Source: Phoronis australis (lineage: Eukaryota; Animalia; Phoronida). Taken from it: a DNA stretch of 64,000 nt. Under the pieces are notes generated by a model, which worked only from the letters and a program-made list of their open reading frames with translations, was not told where the DNA came from and did no database searches. The stretch lies in the NCBI GenBank assembly GCA_002633005.1, contig NMRA01000291.1:199109-263108 (forward strand), given 5' to 3'. Within the stretch, counting starts at the first letter, position 1; the number at the start of each line of letters is the position of its first letter. The position numbers and the translations under genes are program-made. Below, in pieces: positions 50,090-63,600 of the stretch.

Positions 50090-50992
50090 AGGGGAAGGCA
50101 ACCTTTTTTCATGTCATTTTTAGCAAAAATAAGGTTCATTGATTATCCCAGGCATATTTTTCACTTAATTACAGCTTTTCGCAATTGAATTAATAATTCG
50201 TCCTCTACTCTGGAAGTGCCGTTTTGGGAGGCAAGAATTTCGCGCTTATCTCTTTTCATATAGTTCGACTGTGAGAGCTGTGGAGTCAGTCATTGTTCTA
50301 CCGCGGTTGTGGTAATTTCGGTCGTCGTTTGCGTTTGTTTACAAGTCAGTCAACATGCCATGCTGTTGCTGCTTACCCGGCCGGGGTGTACTCATTATCG
50401 CCCAGAGCCTGTAAGCAGCCCTGCTGCGATGATGAGTAGTGGGAGTGAATACAGACCCAGTTAGACACCGAAGTGAAGGGGACAGTTCGTCGTCTAATAA
50501 ACTGATCGGTGAGCCAAACGTTGATAAGTTTATTATGGAGTTGTCCAAAGTATTGGAGCTATTTAGAAAGTGGCAGGTGTGTGACGAGGGAGTCACACTG
50601 CGGGATGTAAGCAGTTTGTGTGCTCAGGTAACCATCCAGTCGGAGTCTGTCGCGGTACACTCGGGCAAGTGGGACATTTGTTCCTCTGTCCTTGAGACGA
50701 TAATGAGTACATCCCTGCATGCAGCAACAGTTAGACATGTTGACTGACTCGTAAACAAAAGTAAACGACGACCGAACGTATCACAACCGAGGTATAGCGA
50801 TGACTGACTCGGCAGCTTTCACAGTCGGTCTACATGAAAAGAAATTGGCGCGAAATTCTTGCCACCCAAAAGGTCACTTCCGGAGTAGCAGACGAGTAAT
50901 TGTTTAAATTACAAAAAAGCTGTAATTAAGTGAAAAATATGTCTGGGATAATTAACTAACCTTATTTTTGCTAAAAATGACATGGAAAAGGT
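50090..50992. mobile_element. Foldback/Kolobok-type MITE with about 310-bp inverted arms, nested in an older repeat
   Basis: TTAA|AGGGGAAGGCAACC left end; 50100-50407 is the reverse complement of 50692-50992; right tip lost; second copy starts at 63848. Confidence 0.8.
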
Positions 50993-52270
50993 GGGAGGGA
51001 GAATAGAAACTGTAGTAACCACAAGTTTTTCCTTCGCGGGTATTTCAAACATCGTGAATTTTGTGATTTTTTTCTGGAAATTTCCTCACAGGTGAAAATT
51101 AATTACTATGTACTAGACGTTGCGAGATGGTACTTTCATCAGGAATTGTTTGAAAGATATTTTAACGAGATTTCGCGTTCCATCATGCCTCTTCAATAAA
51201 AAAGAATCAGTGTACCCCCTCCCCTTCTCATGGCCACTCGCCTATTTTATCGACACTTTTAAAATATGATCTCTTGGCCATCCAATGAGGCGTGAGAAGA
51301 TCTTCTGCTTCGATAATCTTCCAGAAACAGCAAAGGTAGGTTATCTACAGATGGACATTGTCGGTTTTACCGCCGTAAAATGCATTTGTGGGATTACTTT
51401 GAGTTAACGTTAATTTTCCTTGTAGTACAAAAGCCTCCAGCTCATATGCATAGTATTGCAATACTAAGTTACGTATTTACATCGTCTTTTCTACCAGCAG
51501 CCAACAAGTATTTTCGAGCTAGTGTGAACAGAGGTCACATTTGTAAAAAGATGAATGATATAATGTGGTTCTCGACAACTTAAAAGAAATTTGGGGTGAG
51601 ATTGTCTTTAAAAGGGAAAATATAGAAGCTGTTCGTAGTAGGAAATTATTCAGTTCTTATGGGTATTTATAAAGAGCATAAAATTTGTTAAATGTCATAG
51701 TGGGCATGGTTGCGACGTTATGCTTTCACATGCGGGATATCAATGAAGAGCCACACAAATAGAGTTATCTTTGTAATAACGAAATTTGCTTCAACGTTTT
51801 CACCAATAAATGGCTTTTTCGTTTGAGGCACCAAAACTGAACGACCTCAAAAACAAATTCTCAGTCGCAATGCAAGTTAAACACCACAAGGCTAATTTTA
51901 CACAGCAAAACTCAATGCCTATTCATAACGTCTTCAAAACTATCCCCGCATAAGCGGAGATGCCTCGGTTTCTCTACCCGAGCTAGCCCCGGTAGCCCAC
52001 CTCATCCAAGTCATTTTTTCACTCCTGTCAGCTCACAGCTATAGTTCACTTGAGGCAGACATCCAGTTATCCGTCTGCGCCTGTCCTAATTTTCACTTTC
52101 TGTGAAATTTTATTGAAATGAGCATGTACGTTCTGAGGGCTACCTCCAGCTATGAAAAACGTTGAGGTCGGTAAAACTGACGACCTATGACGGATATCAC
52201 TAAATAGTTCCAACAGCCGTTGGTAGAGTTGATGAGTAGTATTTTCTTTTTTCACAACCAATAAGAACAT

Positions 52271-52378
52271 ACCCTTGACAGTTTCGTCTCCTATCAGCAG
52301 CCATCTTCCGAAGGAAGTTATTTACTCTTGACACCTAGCGTTCGGAAGACGGCTGCTGATAGGATCCGAAACTAGGGT
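52271..52378. mobile_element. Inverted repeat with Penelope-like/hammerhead signature
   Basis: 32-bp arms GTTTCGTCTCCTATCAGCAGCCATCTTCCGAA / TTCGGAAGACGGCTGCTGATAGGATCCGAAAC. Confidence 0.55.
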
Positions 52379-54390
52379 AAATACTTCCTTACTGGCCAAT
52401 GAGATGAATTATATAAGGTAACTCATTGCTGGCGACATCTTTAGATAGGGAGAGCGGGAACAGGGGTGGTGTGACGATAGGAAGGGGTTGGGTAGCAAAA
52501 GTTTAGCGAAGACCGGGGCTGGTTTGTCTCATTACCCACCCGCAATAATTTTAAAATTCGGTTCATACGCCTAACCCAGTCAAGCTCAATGTCACTGATC
52601 TCTGTCCAAGCGTGCAACCAAAAAGGGACTGAAGTCTACGATTATATCTACCTGGTTGAGTGCAAACTTATCACCTGAGCAATGAGCTCGTCAAAGCGGC
52701 GTTTTCGGAGAAAATTATGCCAAGAATTGAACTACGACATTTAGCTTAACTCAAAATCCAACTGCTGTCTGTGGTGGTTTGGACAGTGATTGGCCCAATT
52801 CGTTGCACTCCCAGCAGAATCAATGAGGAAAATGGCAACATTGTACAAACGTTTTAGGTTGTAAAAGTAGCATTTTTGTCCGATTTTCCAATTTCAGAAA
52901 CCTATTCACGCGTACTTTTCACGAACCACTCAAATATGCTATTTTAAAACTTTCAAAACGAAAGTTTAAATTCTGACTGTTGTCGTCTCCAGTCTTGTAT
53001 TTATAATGGGTCTGATTATCTAGACAACGAAATCAGCAGCCTAGCTGAGGCTATGCAGTTAACTACACCAGCATGGTGTTTTTGATCACAAAGTGCGGCA
53101 GATCTCGAGGCACGCAAACCGATCGAGTTGCCCAATCTCGACCCGGCCCATGAGACTGTCAACGGAGGATTCTTTCATGACCAGGTTCCGTGGATGTGGA
53201 CAGGCGCTCTTCAACAAACAGGTTTTGTGGAAAATGATCCTCACTGCTCGCCTATGAATGGCCTCGGTTAATTCAGGGAAATATGACGGAGAAGTTTCAC
53301 CAGTCAATTTTTGAATTGGCAATTTTTTTCACTGCCGGGCGGGGGGTGACCGGGGATGAGCGTTCTTCAAAATATGTAACCTATGGCATATTTTATAAAA
53401 TGTTATATTTCAAAGTACTAATGTCTATACAAATCCGTCTACACAATTAAAATGTCATAGTAGCTTAAGGTTCAAACAGACGATCGTTAGGCATGACTCG
53501 CATGCCTCAGACGGTATGCCGAGTCGTAAACAGGTCTACTGTGCCGTAAACTTGGAATCCTGCTTAATCTCAAGATGGCGTTTGCGTGAACTTGGAATTG
53601 AATATTCATTTGGGCAATCAGGTGAAATTTTTTGTTCGGTGTAAAGAGTTTTTGTAATTATTGGCCTCATGATCGCCCATTTTCTCTTTTACCGTAACTT
53701 GTGTCAAAGAATCGGAGCAAGGAATATGTGAATGCCTTAATCACTGTTTGGGTGAAACGCCAGTAGGTGAAAACAAATTAGTTAAAATTTACGTTATTCT
53801 ATTAGCATAAATAGGTAAATAAAACAACAAGAATGGATCAACTGAAAGTTTTGGATGTAATAACGTCCTTTGTCAACAGAAACACTGGAAATAAAGTAAT
53901 ATCAAACACTTGACAATTGACATTTAAGATATGGTGTAATGAATATGATACATTTTTGCGTAAAAAATTCATGTAATTTAGTTTAGTGCCGTACAAATTT
54001 TAATCAACATGAATGTGATTATTTGAGTGAACTTGTCAAGTTTCCTCGTGTATGCCAAATTCACGCATACCGATCTTTAGTTACTAAGAGCAAGATTTCA
54101 AGTTCACGCCGACTCGCACATTCATCCGCTAGGGGCGCTACTGTCTTACTATTTTCACGGATGAGTTCCGTGGACATAATAATCTCGCGAAGACAGCTCT
54201 CACAATCACGTGATTAACTAGTATCGTATGGCAATGCCTCGCCAAGTCTTGCGTAATCGTACAGTTATGCTATGTTCTGGCATCTACAGGCCGCACACCG
54301 GAACTTGCAGTTGTTCAATGGGATATTGACGACCGGTTGCTTGATTTCGTGAATGTTTCGCCATGTTTGGACTTCTTGCTTTTAACTAAA

Positions 54391-54690
54391 ATGCTTTTGA
54401 CTGTGACGTATGTGTGTAGCTGTTTAGTGACCAAAATTTTATCATGGCGTAGAAACATGCGTTTTTTGTCTTGCATTCGTTCGTTTCTATTGAACCACAA
54501 GGGAAGCATCGTCCTGCGAAAGGTGTCCTATCGATCCGACGTTGCTGCAGTCAATGGCGCATTTAATTCGTCCTGTGGTTCAGGAGTTCATAAGCTATCG
54601 CCATTAGTCGATGGCACACAATCACTCCTTTTTCACTCGGAGGAAATGTTACGCTTTGGTAGAAAGGTTGTCATTGGAGTCCAACCACAG
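54391..54690 (+). CDS. HLCS: HLCS exon 1
   Basis: AAAATG start, MLLTVTYVCSCLVTKILSWRR (resembles the long-isoform HLCS N-terminus as recalled); CAG|GTGTGC donor. Confidence 0.75.
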
Positions 54691-57600
54691 GTGTGCATGC
54701 CAAAGAGCTCGTACAATTCATGGCACTGTGCCACAGTCTGTGGTTGGATAATAGCGGTCCCTGATTTAGAGAACCAGGCAATCACTGACTAAAGGACCCG
54801 GTATTTATTGGGTAGAACTGATGCTATAAATCAGGGATCGCTATATCCAACCAGTTCCATAATCCATTTTGGTCATGAATTCTGCAATTGCTGTCAATGT
54901 TTTTACATCATCCCCATTCCTTATAAAAGTGGTCTTAAATTGTTTCTCATGCTGACTGACCTGCTCATGAGGAATTATTCATGGACTATGGAAAAACTGA
55001 CAGATGAAACTCATAAAATTTCATGTCATGGCATATATTGACTTGAAATCTTGTGAGCTTGTTCTGAAGAAATAAAAAATGCCAACTCTTCCCAAGCCTA
55101 CTAGTTACCATTTCTAAAATGAGTAAAGGGCAAGTGAAGACCACTCGGGGTGATCTTTGCCAATTAAAGGGTAGGGGGTGCGGCAACCCATTCAATGCAA
55201 TATCTTTGACACCAAGAAAATTGCCCACAAGACAATACTGAAATGATGAAAAACACCACCCACAAAATGCGCTTTTGTCAACTGGATTGGCATGCCTTTG
55301 CTTTGTTTTAAGCCAAGGGATAATCGTACTGTAGAAATTTTAGACAAATGCTGCATGCTGCTATTCCCACTAAACCTGAAGTGTGTGGAACTCTTAAAAG
55401 ATGAGATTCTTATGCTGCACTCTGTTGTCACGATACAACACTAGTCATTTTAAAGCACCAATAGAGGGCACATTCCAAAAGTGAACTCGGTACATATTTT
55501 GAATGTTCCAGATTTACTTACATTAATCTAAGTTTAGGTAGTACATGTTCACATTAACCACCAATTTCTATCTGGCTGCTATATGCTTGGTTTCTGTTTC
55601 AGCAAACTGTAGACCTATCAAAGTGGACAGCATATCTATCGGCCCAGAATCTCCTTGGTAGAGATAGCCCTAATGATAATGAATGCCGAGTTCTTCTTGA
55701 GGTGTTAAGGCCAGAGGATGAAGAAAGTTTCCTGGAAAGATCCTTCAGCATCCCTTCTTCGCAAAAAATCAAGGTATACTGAGGCAAAGTGCTATTGGTC
55801 CACTTACTACCATTGTTTGGGAATTGTACGACATAAAGTTGGTTCCGCTGTATTGTTAATCATATAATGATTGCTGCTTCAGTAATATGATTACTACTTT
55901 GGAAATTCCGTTTCACTCGGTAGTAAGTGTTGATGGTTTGATTTTTTGCGAAGCATCACAAAAATCATGAAGTAAGGCAAGTGAACACTTTGCGTGACGA
56001 TATCTGATTATAATGCAACTCATGCATGCTACTTTTAACTAAAAGAGTCATTTCATTCTTATTTTACCAAGTACTTTCAAGTTGGCCATTTTTGACCCTT
56101 GAAAGCAGCACTCGGTTATCATCTTCCGCACGACAACACATGCACAAATTCAGTATGTCATATCTATAAATCTGAAGACCAGTTGGTAGTCGTCAGGTTC
56201 ATGATCATCATGTTCGTGCATCCCTCAAAGAGCTGTGGTAAAACATTCCCCAGTTCAGGATAGTGAGTGAAAAAAATTTGCTCAAGGCTACAGCTTGTAC
56301 CAGATTTTAGATATGGGCAACATTAGCTTTCCCAAATTCATTACATTCTAAGGGGACACGTCAAAGTGTTGCATTTGTCGTTATTTTCACCGATTTTATG
56401 ATTCAACTACCAAGTCTGTTTTCAAAATGATCCTTTCTCCAACCTTTCAAAATGATCCTTTCTCCAACCTTTCAAAATGGAGGAAATTCAATTTCAGATA
56501 GAATTTAAGTATTCTAAATTTTAGAGACTGTTTAAAACTGGGAAATTGTTACCGTATCGACAGAGACTAAAAACTTTAGTACGATCAGAGCTCTTGATGC
56601 CTTAATTCTGGGGCCAAATTTCTGCCCCATTCCTGTCCGCAAAGTATTCAAAATTCAAATGAAATTCCCCTCATCAAGCCCCAAGATCCTATATCCAATG
56701 ATTTAAACATTCCCGTCAAGCTCCCTTTTCATTCTCATTGACCCTCGGCTTCAGATCGCTTTCGCTATCAACTTGAAATATGTTCATTTCATTGCTATCT
56801 GCGGTGACCCGGGAGAGTAAATTTTCTCCTCACCTGAAAAAATCCCCTTCTCAGAAGGCACAGACATCTTTCCTCTCAAGTTAAGCTTGAGCCTTAATGG
56901 TTCATTTGTTTGTGCATTCTCATCTTTGCAGGTGACTGACATTTCTACACCGCTGGCTTGGAAGAGTGGTGTTAATCCATTTGGTATTGTGTTGTCCTGC
57001 ACAGAAGATAATTTTGTCAAGTTATACACTGCTTTCTTCCATGGCTACTTGGTTATGGATGAAATTTTGGAAATTCAGGAAATGATCTGTAAGTTTGCTT
57101 AGAAAATATCTATGGATGAGATCATTAGGTGTTGAAGAAGCATTATTAAACTAACCATCGAAGCTTATGATAAAACTAGCTAAAAGTTTGTTTCTGAGTT
57201 GTTTTTCGTGTTTTTTAATATATCCTGTAGTGAACAGTCTTCAGCTCAACTCTTGGCAAGTCTCACAAACAGCTGACAATTACTTGGTATACAGGATTCA
57301 TATGCCATCCAATTGGGATGGAGATCAAAAGTTTAACTTGCTACATGTGAAAAATTTCACATGTGAATGCCTTCTTATCATCTGCAGCCAAGCCAGAAGG
57401 TAGAACTGCCTTCTTATAAGGAGGAGGCTTCATTCCACTAACACAACTTGTGGGTGGACTCAGTTCTTCAGTGTTGATTGGCCAGAGTGTTAGCATTTTA
57501 CATATTAATGATATGTTAATTGCTCATAAGACAGCTGATAGGATGCTTTTGTGAAGGCATGTTTTTAGTGGCTAAAGGGCAAATTATGAGACATCCTATC

Positions 57601-60600
57601 TGCCTTCTCATAAAAATTCCACATCTCAATACAGCATTAGTTAAGGTCGGTGTAGTGAACTTGTAATGAGTTGATTATTGAAAATGATAGGTTTAACTGA
57701 GGAGCTTCTAATATTATTTTAGCAATAACGACAACCAATAAGCCTCAGTCGTTGATTGAGCCTCGAGGCAAGGTGAATACCACTTTTGATGGCTTGGACA
57801 GCAAAGCAGACATGAAGCCTCCAAATGTACTAATTTATTGCGGAAAGAGGGATTCAAGCAGGAGTTTCCTGGATGTCAAACAAATTATGTCTCAGTGTGT
57901 GGACACTAGTCGCTATGCTTTGTATCATCTCCCGCATGATCAAGTGAAATCCACTCCATGGATTGATAATACAGCTTTGCTGGTAATCGCCTGTGAACGA
58001 TTGTACGATGGTGTTGATGAAACTTTTTTCAACTTCTACAAAACTGGGGGAAAAGTGTTGAACTTTGGTAGCACATTGGAAAGTTTGTTTCTGGATGTTG
58101 GTGTGTTGAAAAAAGAGGGGTTGCCAGTGGCATCTGTTGTAACTGAATGTGGTGATACCATAATGGCATTACGTAGTCAGCGATACTTTACCAGTTTGAA
58201 ACCTTTGATAGATAATTGCTCAGTTTCTGTCTTAACCAAAGACTCTTCCGGGGAAACACCAGTTGTTGTTGCTGTGTCTTCCGATCATTGCCATGGGAAG
58301 GCCATTTTATCTCAGGTATGTAAGTTCATGTAGATAATGTCTTTATTTACATTACATTCATAACTAGACACTTACTAACGCAATGGTTGGGTGGTCTCGA
58401 TAAAATTAATTGGTATTTGCTACTGCTTGCTCATTTCTAATCACGCAAAGTCTACTTATAGCCTTCATTATTTGGCCAAATAAACATTCTCATAGTTTAC
58501 ACCTTCGAGAGAGAATTTCAGGCATACTTGGATACCTTTCCATGGGCATTCTTAGTTGTGATCCCATTATGCCAAGTGGTTTTGACTGATTGAAGTACTA
58601 TCATTGGCAATGGAAATCATTAGCATTGAGAGTATTTATCTACCATTTATTAACTTTAGTTACTACAATACTCCTAGTTGGTGCCCATTCCTTTTTTAGT
58701 TGTGGTGACTCTGTTAGTAAACTTGCATGGTCACTCGCCGCACACTTGTGTGATCTCACCAAATTTACTTTTCACTTTCCAAATAATAGATGGTCACTGT
58801 TCATATGCTAATCTCTTTATCAATACAGATTTTGTTGGAGAAAGAAGCTAAAGACATGGCAATATCTGCTGAAATGTACACCAAAATGCAGAGTTCCAGT
58901 GAGGGTCGCAGGTTACTCCTAACGTGTTTTCTGCAGGAACTTGGAATCGCCTGTGACAATCCGGAGCCAGTCACACTAACTCCTGCTTATATGTTTGCAG
59001 TCACCGAGGTATTAGACTACAGATGACACGCAATTTTGATGTAATGGTTTTGCTGCAGTTGGACAGGTTAATGCCGAAGGCGTTGCAATGGACTATTAAA
59101 AGTTAAGGTGGTTGATGTGAAGGCGAGCACAAGTGTCTTCATTTCATAGTTGGCCCTAACTACAGAACTTAGAGGAATACAAAAGCTTTTGGTGTTGCAT
59201 TTGGTTTTTGTTTTTCTGTGTTAATCACTGGTCTCTTGGCAAGCATGCACTATCCATGGAAGAAAAGAAAGTGATGTAAACGTCCCAACAAAGGCCCATC
59301 ATTTTGGTTCTGCCTCTTTTTATGCTCAATATATACATGGATGATCTGTACACACTGTTTGATAGGGAGTTGGATATTGTGTTTCCTCAATGGAACTGAA
59401 TTCTGTACCAAGGTGTGGAACCCTTGTGCCATTTACGTCACTTTTTGTTGCAAGACTAGTAAATTCATGGCAAGAAAACTAGTAATTAACACAGGAAGTT
59501 TACAAGATAAGACTAAAAAAGTATAGTTGGTTCTGGTTCATGTTTGTTGAAAATCCAGTCAGTGGTGTGGTGTTTTTGTTGAGGCTCTCTTGTTCAAAAT
59601 CCACCTGACATGAGCAAAAGTGATGCGTGATTCTTTTTCTCATTGCTCTGTAAATTATAGCCTTTCAAACTTTGTTCACCCTTGCTTACGTGCCTTTGTG
59701 CTGCTTTTCAAGAAACACAAGACCTCTGCTGAAGTTGCTGAGGGCCAGCGTTTTTTCTTTTTGTAGTCTTGTCTCGAACTAAATTGTGATACCAGTGTGA
59801 GAACTAACTTTGCTTTTTTGGTGTAACTGGTCTTCTTTATTTTTACTAGAAAACATCAAAATTGGTTGATTTTTACCTGTTCGAAAATCCAATATGGCCT
59901 GCATCTGTAGTTTGACTTCAAGACTTTGTCATTTTGGTCTTCTACAGCTTTTTTATCTTTTGGTGTTCACTTTGGATTTGTTTCCAAAAGTTAAATAGCC
60001 AGTTCCCAGAATACTGTAGTGCCCTCTGGGATTGTGCAATAGTTACCCACAATGCTGCATGTCTGTAAGGCACTTGCCTCACAGATGTTGAATGCTGCCA
60101 TACTCATCACTGTTTTACTTTGAAATTAATTTATCAAGTAATATTTTGGTGACAAGAAAGTTTTGTTGATGCATAGTGAGTTGCAATGCTGATATCATTA
60201 AAATTTGAGAATTTGATAGGGGCGTGACAAATGATTCTTTACTTGTCTGACTTGGCTTAGAAGTGTGTTACCTGAGAAAACTAGGTCAAACTTAGAATGC
60301 ATTATTCTACTTCTGCAAAGAGGAGAGTTGAATTAAGGATGTGGGAATAAAGTAACAACTGAAGCAAGTGGAAATGTTTACTGTAACCCTACACATTTAT
60401 CTTATTTCAGGCAAAACGTCAACACTTCATCAACGAGGTGTTACAGAGAAGAGGTTCCCCACGATCGTCTATATTTAAATCGACCAACCTCACCATACAG
60501 TTTGGCAATCAACTTTCAGAGTGTGATAAGGACGTGTCATCTCAGTTTTTACCTGTGATAATAGGTAAAGGTGTTGAATTATTACAAATCACTGTGGTTA

Positions 60601-63600
60601 TAATCATTTGTCAGGCTGGCATGTGCATGTGGAAAATTGCCGTTTCTTATTTTAGAAAAGAGGATTTACTTATTTAGCATAGATATGCATAACTATCAAT
60701 TTTGGTTGTGTAAGTTTTACGAAGTTTGTACAAGAGTGCTCACAATCTAGCAACACCTGGTCACCCAATTGCCACTCTGTTCAAAGGATAACTCATACTT
60801 GTTACCTATCAACTTTTTGTTCTTTTTCAGAAAATGAGCACTTGTCAACAAATTTCAACATGACCACTTATGCACAGCATCTTAGTACTCATACTTTAGG
60901 ACAGGTGGTGCTGTATTCTGATGTCGTACCCAGTACTATGAATATCACTGACACGTAGGTAGTGTGTGGTGCCATCTATTGGATGGTTTGTTCTTCATTG
61001 AGCTTTTCATGGATGGATGAAATTTTACATACACATCCGAGAATTGACATTTATGAGAAAAGTCAGTTGTGCTATTTCTGGTAAATGTTATGCCATGAGT
61101 AAACTGTAATTACACTCAAGTCATGCATTTCTGAAAGTAGAGACTTGTGGTTTGGATGCGTGAAGATTTCTGTATGCTGGAAACAGACAGTTTTCGTCTA
61201 GATGGCATTTCATATGGTTTCCTGCTAATTGCATGCCACGCAGTAAAGATCCATTATTTCTCATGTTGAGTTGACCAATGACTGCATTTAAGTTACACTG
61301 CACAAAGGTAATTGAATATTTCTTTCACATGATTCACCTACATTCAGAGTGATGTAAGGCACTGAATTAGGCTTAACAAATTTTCTCCTCTTCTAGCCTG
61401 TTATTTGCTGTGCCAAGTTCATTTGGTTTGGTCGTGATTGCTGACAGACAGACGAGAGGCAAAGGTAGTGCAATGGGTTGTCCTTAACCTCTTTAACACA
61501 GCCTAAGTTGTGGGATTAACTTCATGCCTACTTTGGCCAACTTGGAATAGAATGCTTTGGAAGTATAAAAGCAGTTTCTTTGAAAACTGTCATATCTTAC
61601 AAAACATTAAAATACTTGCAAAATTCGTCAAGCAGGGTGGTCGATTTGCTGAGTATTAGCAGTGAAATTATAGCTCAGTGTATGTTGCAATGGGCCTGTA
61701 GATGGCCTAAGTAATGTGTCGGCTTTTCTGTTTTGCATACTTTATTTTGCAAAATTCCTGCCCCACTATCTTGTTATTAATGCTATAGGTTGTCCTTAAC
61801 CTCTTTAACACAGCTGGAGGGATAAAATTTGCACCTACTTAGACCAAACTGATTTGTGATTGCGAAATTATTTTTCTTCATTAAGTAAACTTGTAATTTG
61901 TGGGAGAGGCAGTGGGAATTCTTTTGAATTAGTGTCACCAGTTGTCAGTAATTCATGGTCTAATGTCTGCTAAGGTAGTTTCTATTATTTGCAGGTCGTG
62001 GGGGCAATGCCTGGCTAAGTCCAAAAGGCTGTGCCCAGTTCACAGTCAATGTTCACATACCACTAACCACCAGGCTTGGATCTCGTGCCTCCTTACTGCA
62101 ACATTTAGCAGGACTGGCTGTGGTCAAAGCGGTTCGATCTCTCGATGGATATGAGGTGTGCCGCTGTTAATATTTGTTTGTATATGTTTAATATTTAATT
62201 CTACACATTTTCATGTCCCATGATCGTTTTATTTTTCTTGCTTTTTGTTATTATTGGTGTTATTATTATTATAGGAACATCTCTCTTAAGTGCTCATTTA
62301 GCTGCTTACTTCAAAGGCACTATAAGTCTGTCAACAGTACTTTAAGTCTGTCAAAGGTACTATAAGTGTGTCAAAGATTGTACTTTAGACCACTTACCAT
62401 CAATAGAAGAGTCTTAACTAGATCCTGTCTCGTATTAAGAGTGATTTCTGGGCATGACAAAAACTGGCTGTTTGTTATTGCTTGAGACGAGGCTCTGAAA
62501 GTTGGCTTGACCCAGCGACTTGTTTGTATTACAAGGAGGAACTCGTCAATTTCCCCAAGTGCAGAAACCACTTCTAATCTGAGAAAGGACAAGCCGAGAC
62601 CAGTTTCATTATGCTGAAAACCTTAATTAAAAAAGTTGTTTCTTTACCAAAGGTAGGTTTATGGTAGTTTTGAATAACTGTAATATAAAAGATGGTTTGA
62701 ATACTTTACTTACATTATGACTCATAACATTGCAGGACATTCACATTAGACAGAAGTGGCCTAACGACATCTACTTCAGCGATCAGATTAAAATTGGTGG
62801 CATTCTGGTGAAGGCAACAGTCTTTCAAGGCAATCTCATCGCTCAAATAGGTAAGTCGTATATCAACAAGACTGAGAATCACATTACGGCTGTACAACAG
62901 AGGGACTTATCTACCACAACTATTATGTTGGTACAGGAATGTGTTTCAGCAGTTGGGGATGTTTTAATTGCCAAAAGAAATAATTTATGTTTTAAAATTG
63001 ATGAGTTAAAAGTTCTAGTTTTCCACACTTATTGTACTGTGTCGGCTGTGAAACGCAACAAAAGTCTCAAAGTTGTTTTATCCTAGGTGGAAATTTATGC
63101 TCCTCAGTCAGGGCACTTAATATAACATTAATTTTTAAACAACTTAAAATATCAAATTTTACATCTACTTGGCGCTCATTATTTACTGTTATGAAAGTCA
63201 TAGATTCCGTTTTGTACACTGTTTTCATTTCGTCCTGTCATGTCTCTATTTTGCATAGAGTAACTTTTTACCAGTACTTATAATTGATTCCTGGTGAAAC
63301 ATTTGTTTCTTTTAATGCACTTAAGAATGTCTAGTAAGCTTCACCATGTGTAACTGAGGTCACCTGCTTGATGAGTAGGGTGAAGAAGCCTAGCTCACAA
63401 CTACATCTTGGACTCTTGGGTCAGAGAACTAAGTGAGAACTCTGTCAAGTGATACATTGGAAAGCTAGAGTCTCTCATTCAAGTCGCTCTAAGTTCAATT
63501 ATTCACCAAGATAATGGATATTTTTGCTAAAGTTTGTCCATGTTGTTATAGGAATTGGAGTCAATGTTAGCAATAGTTTGCCGACAACGTGTCTCAATGA

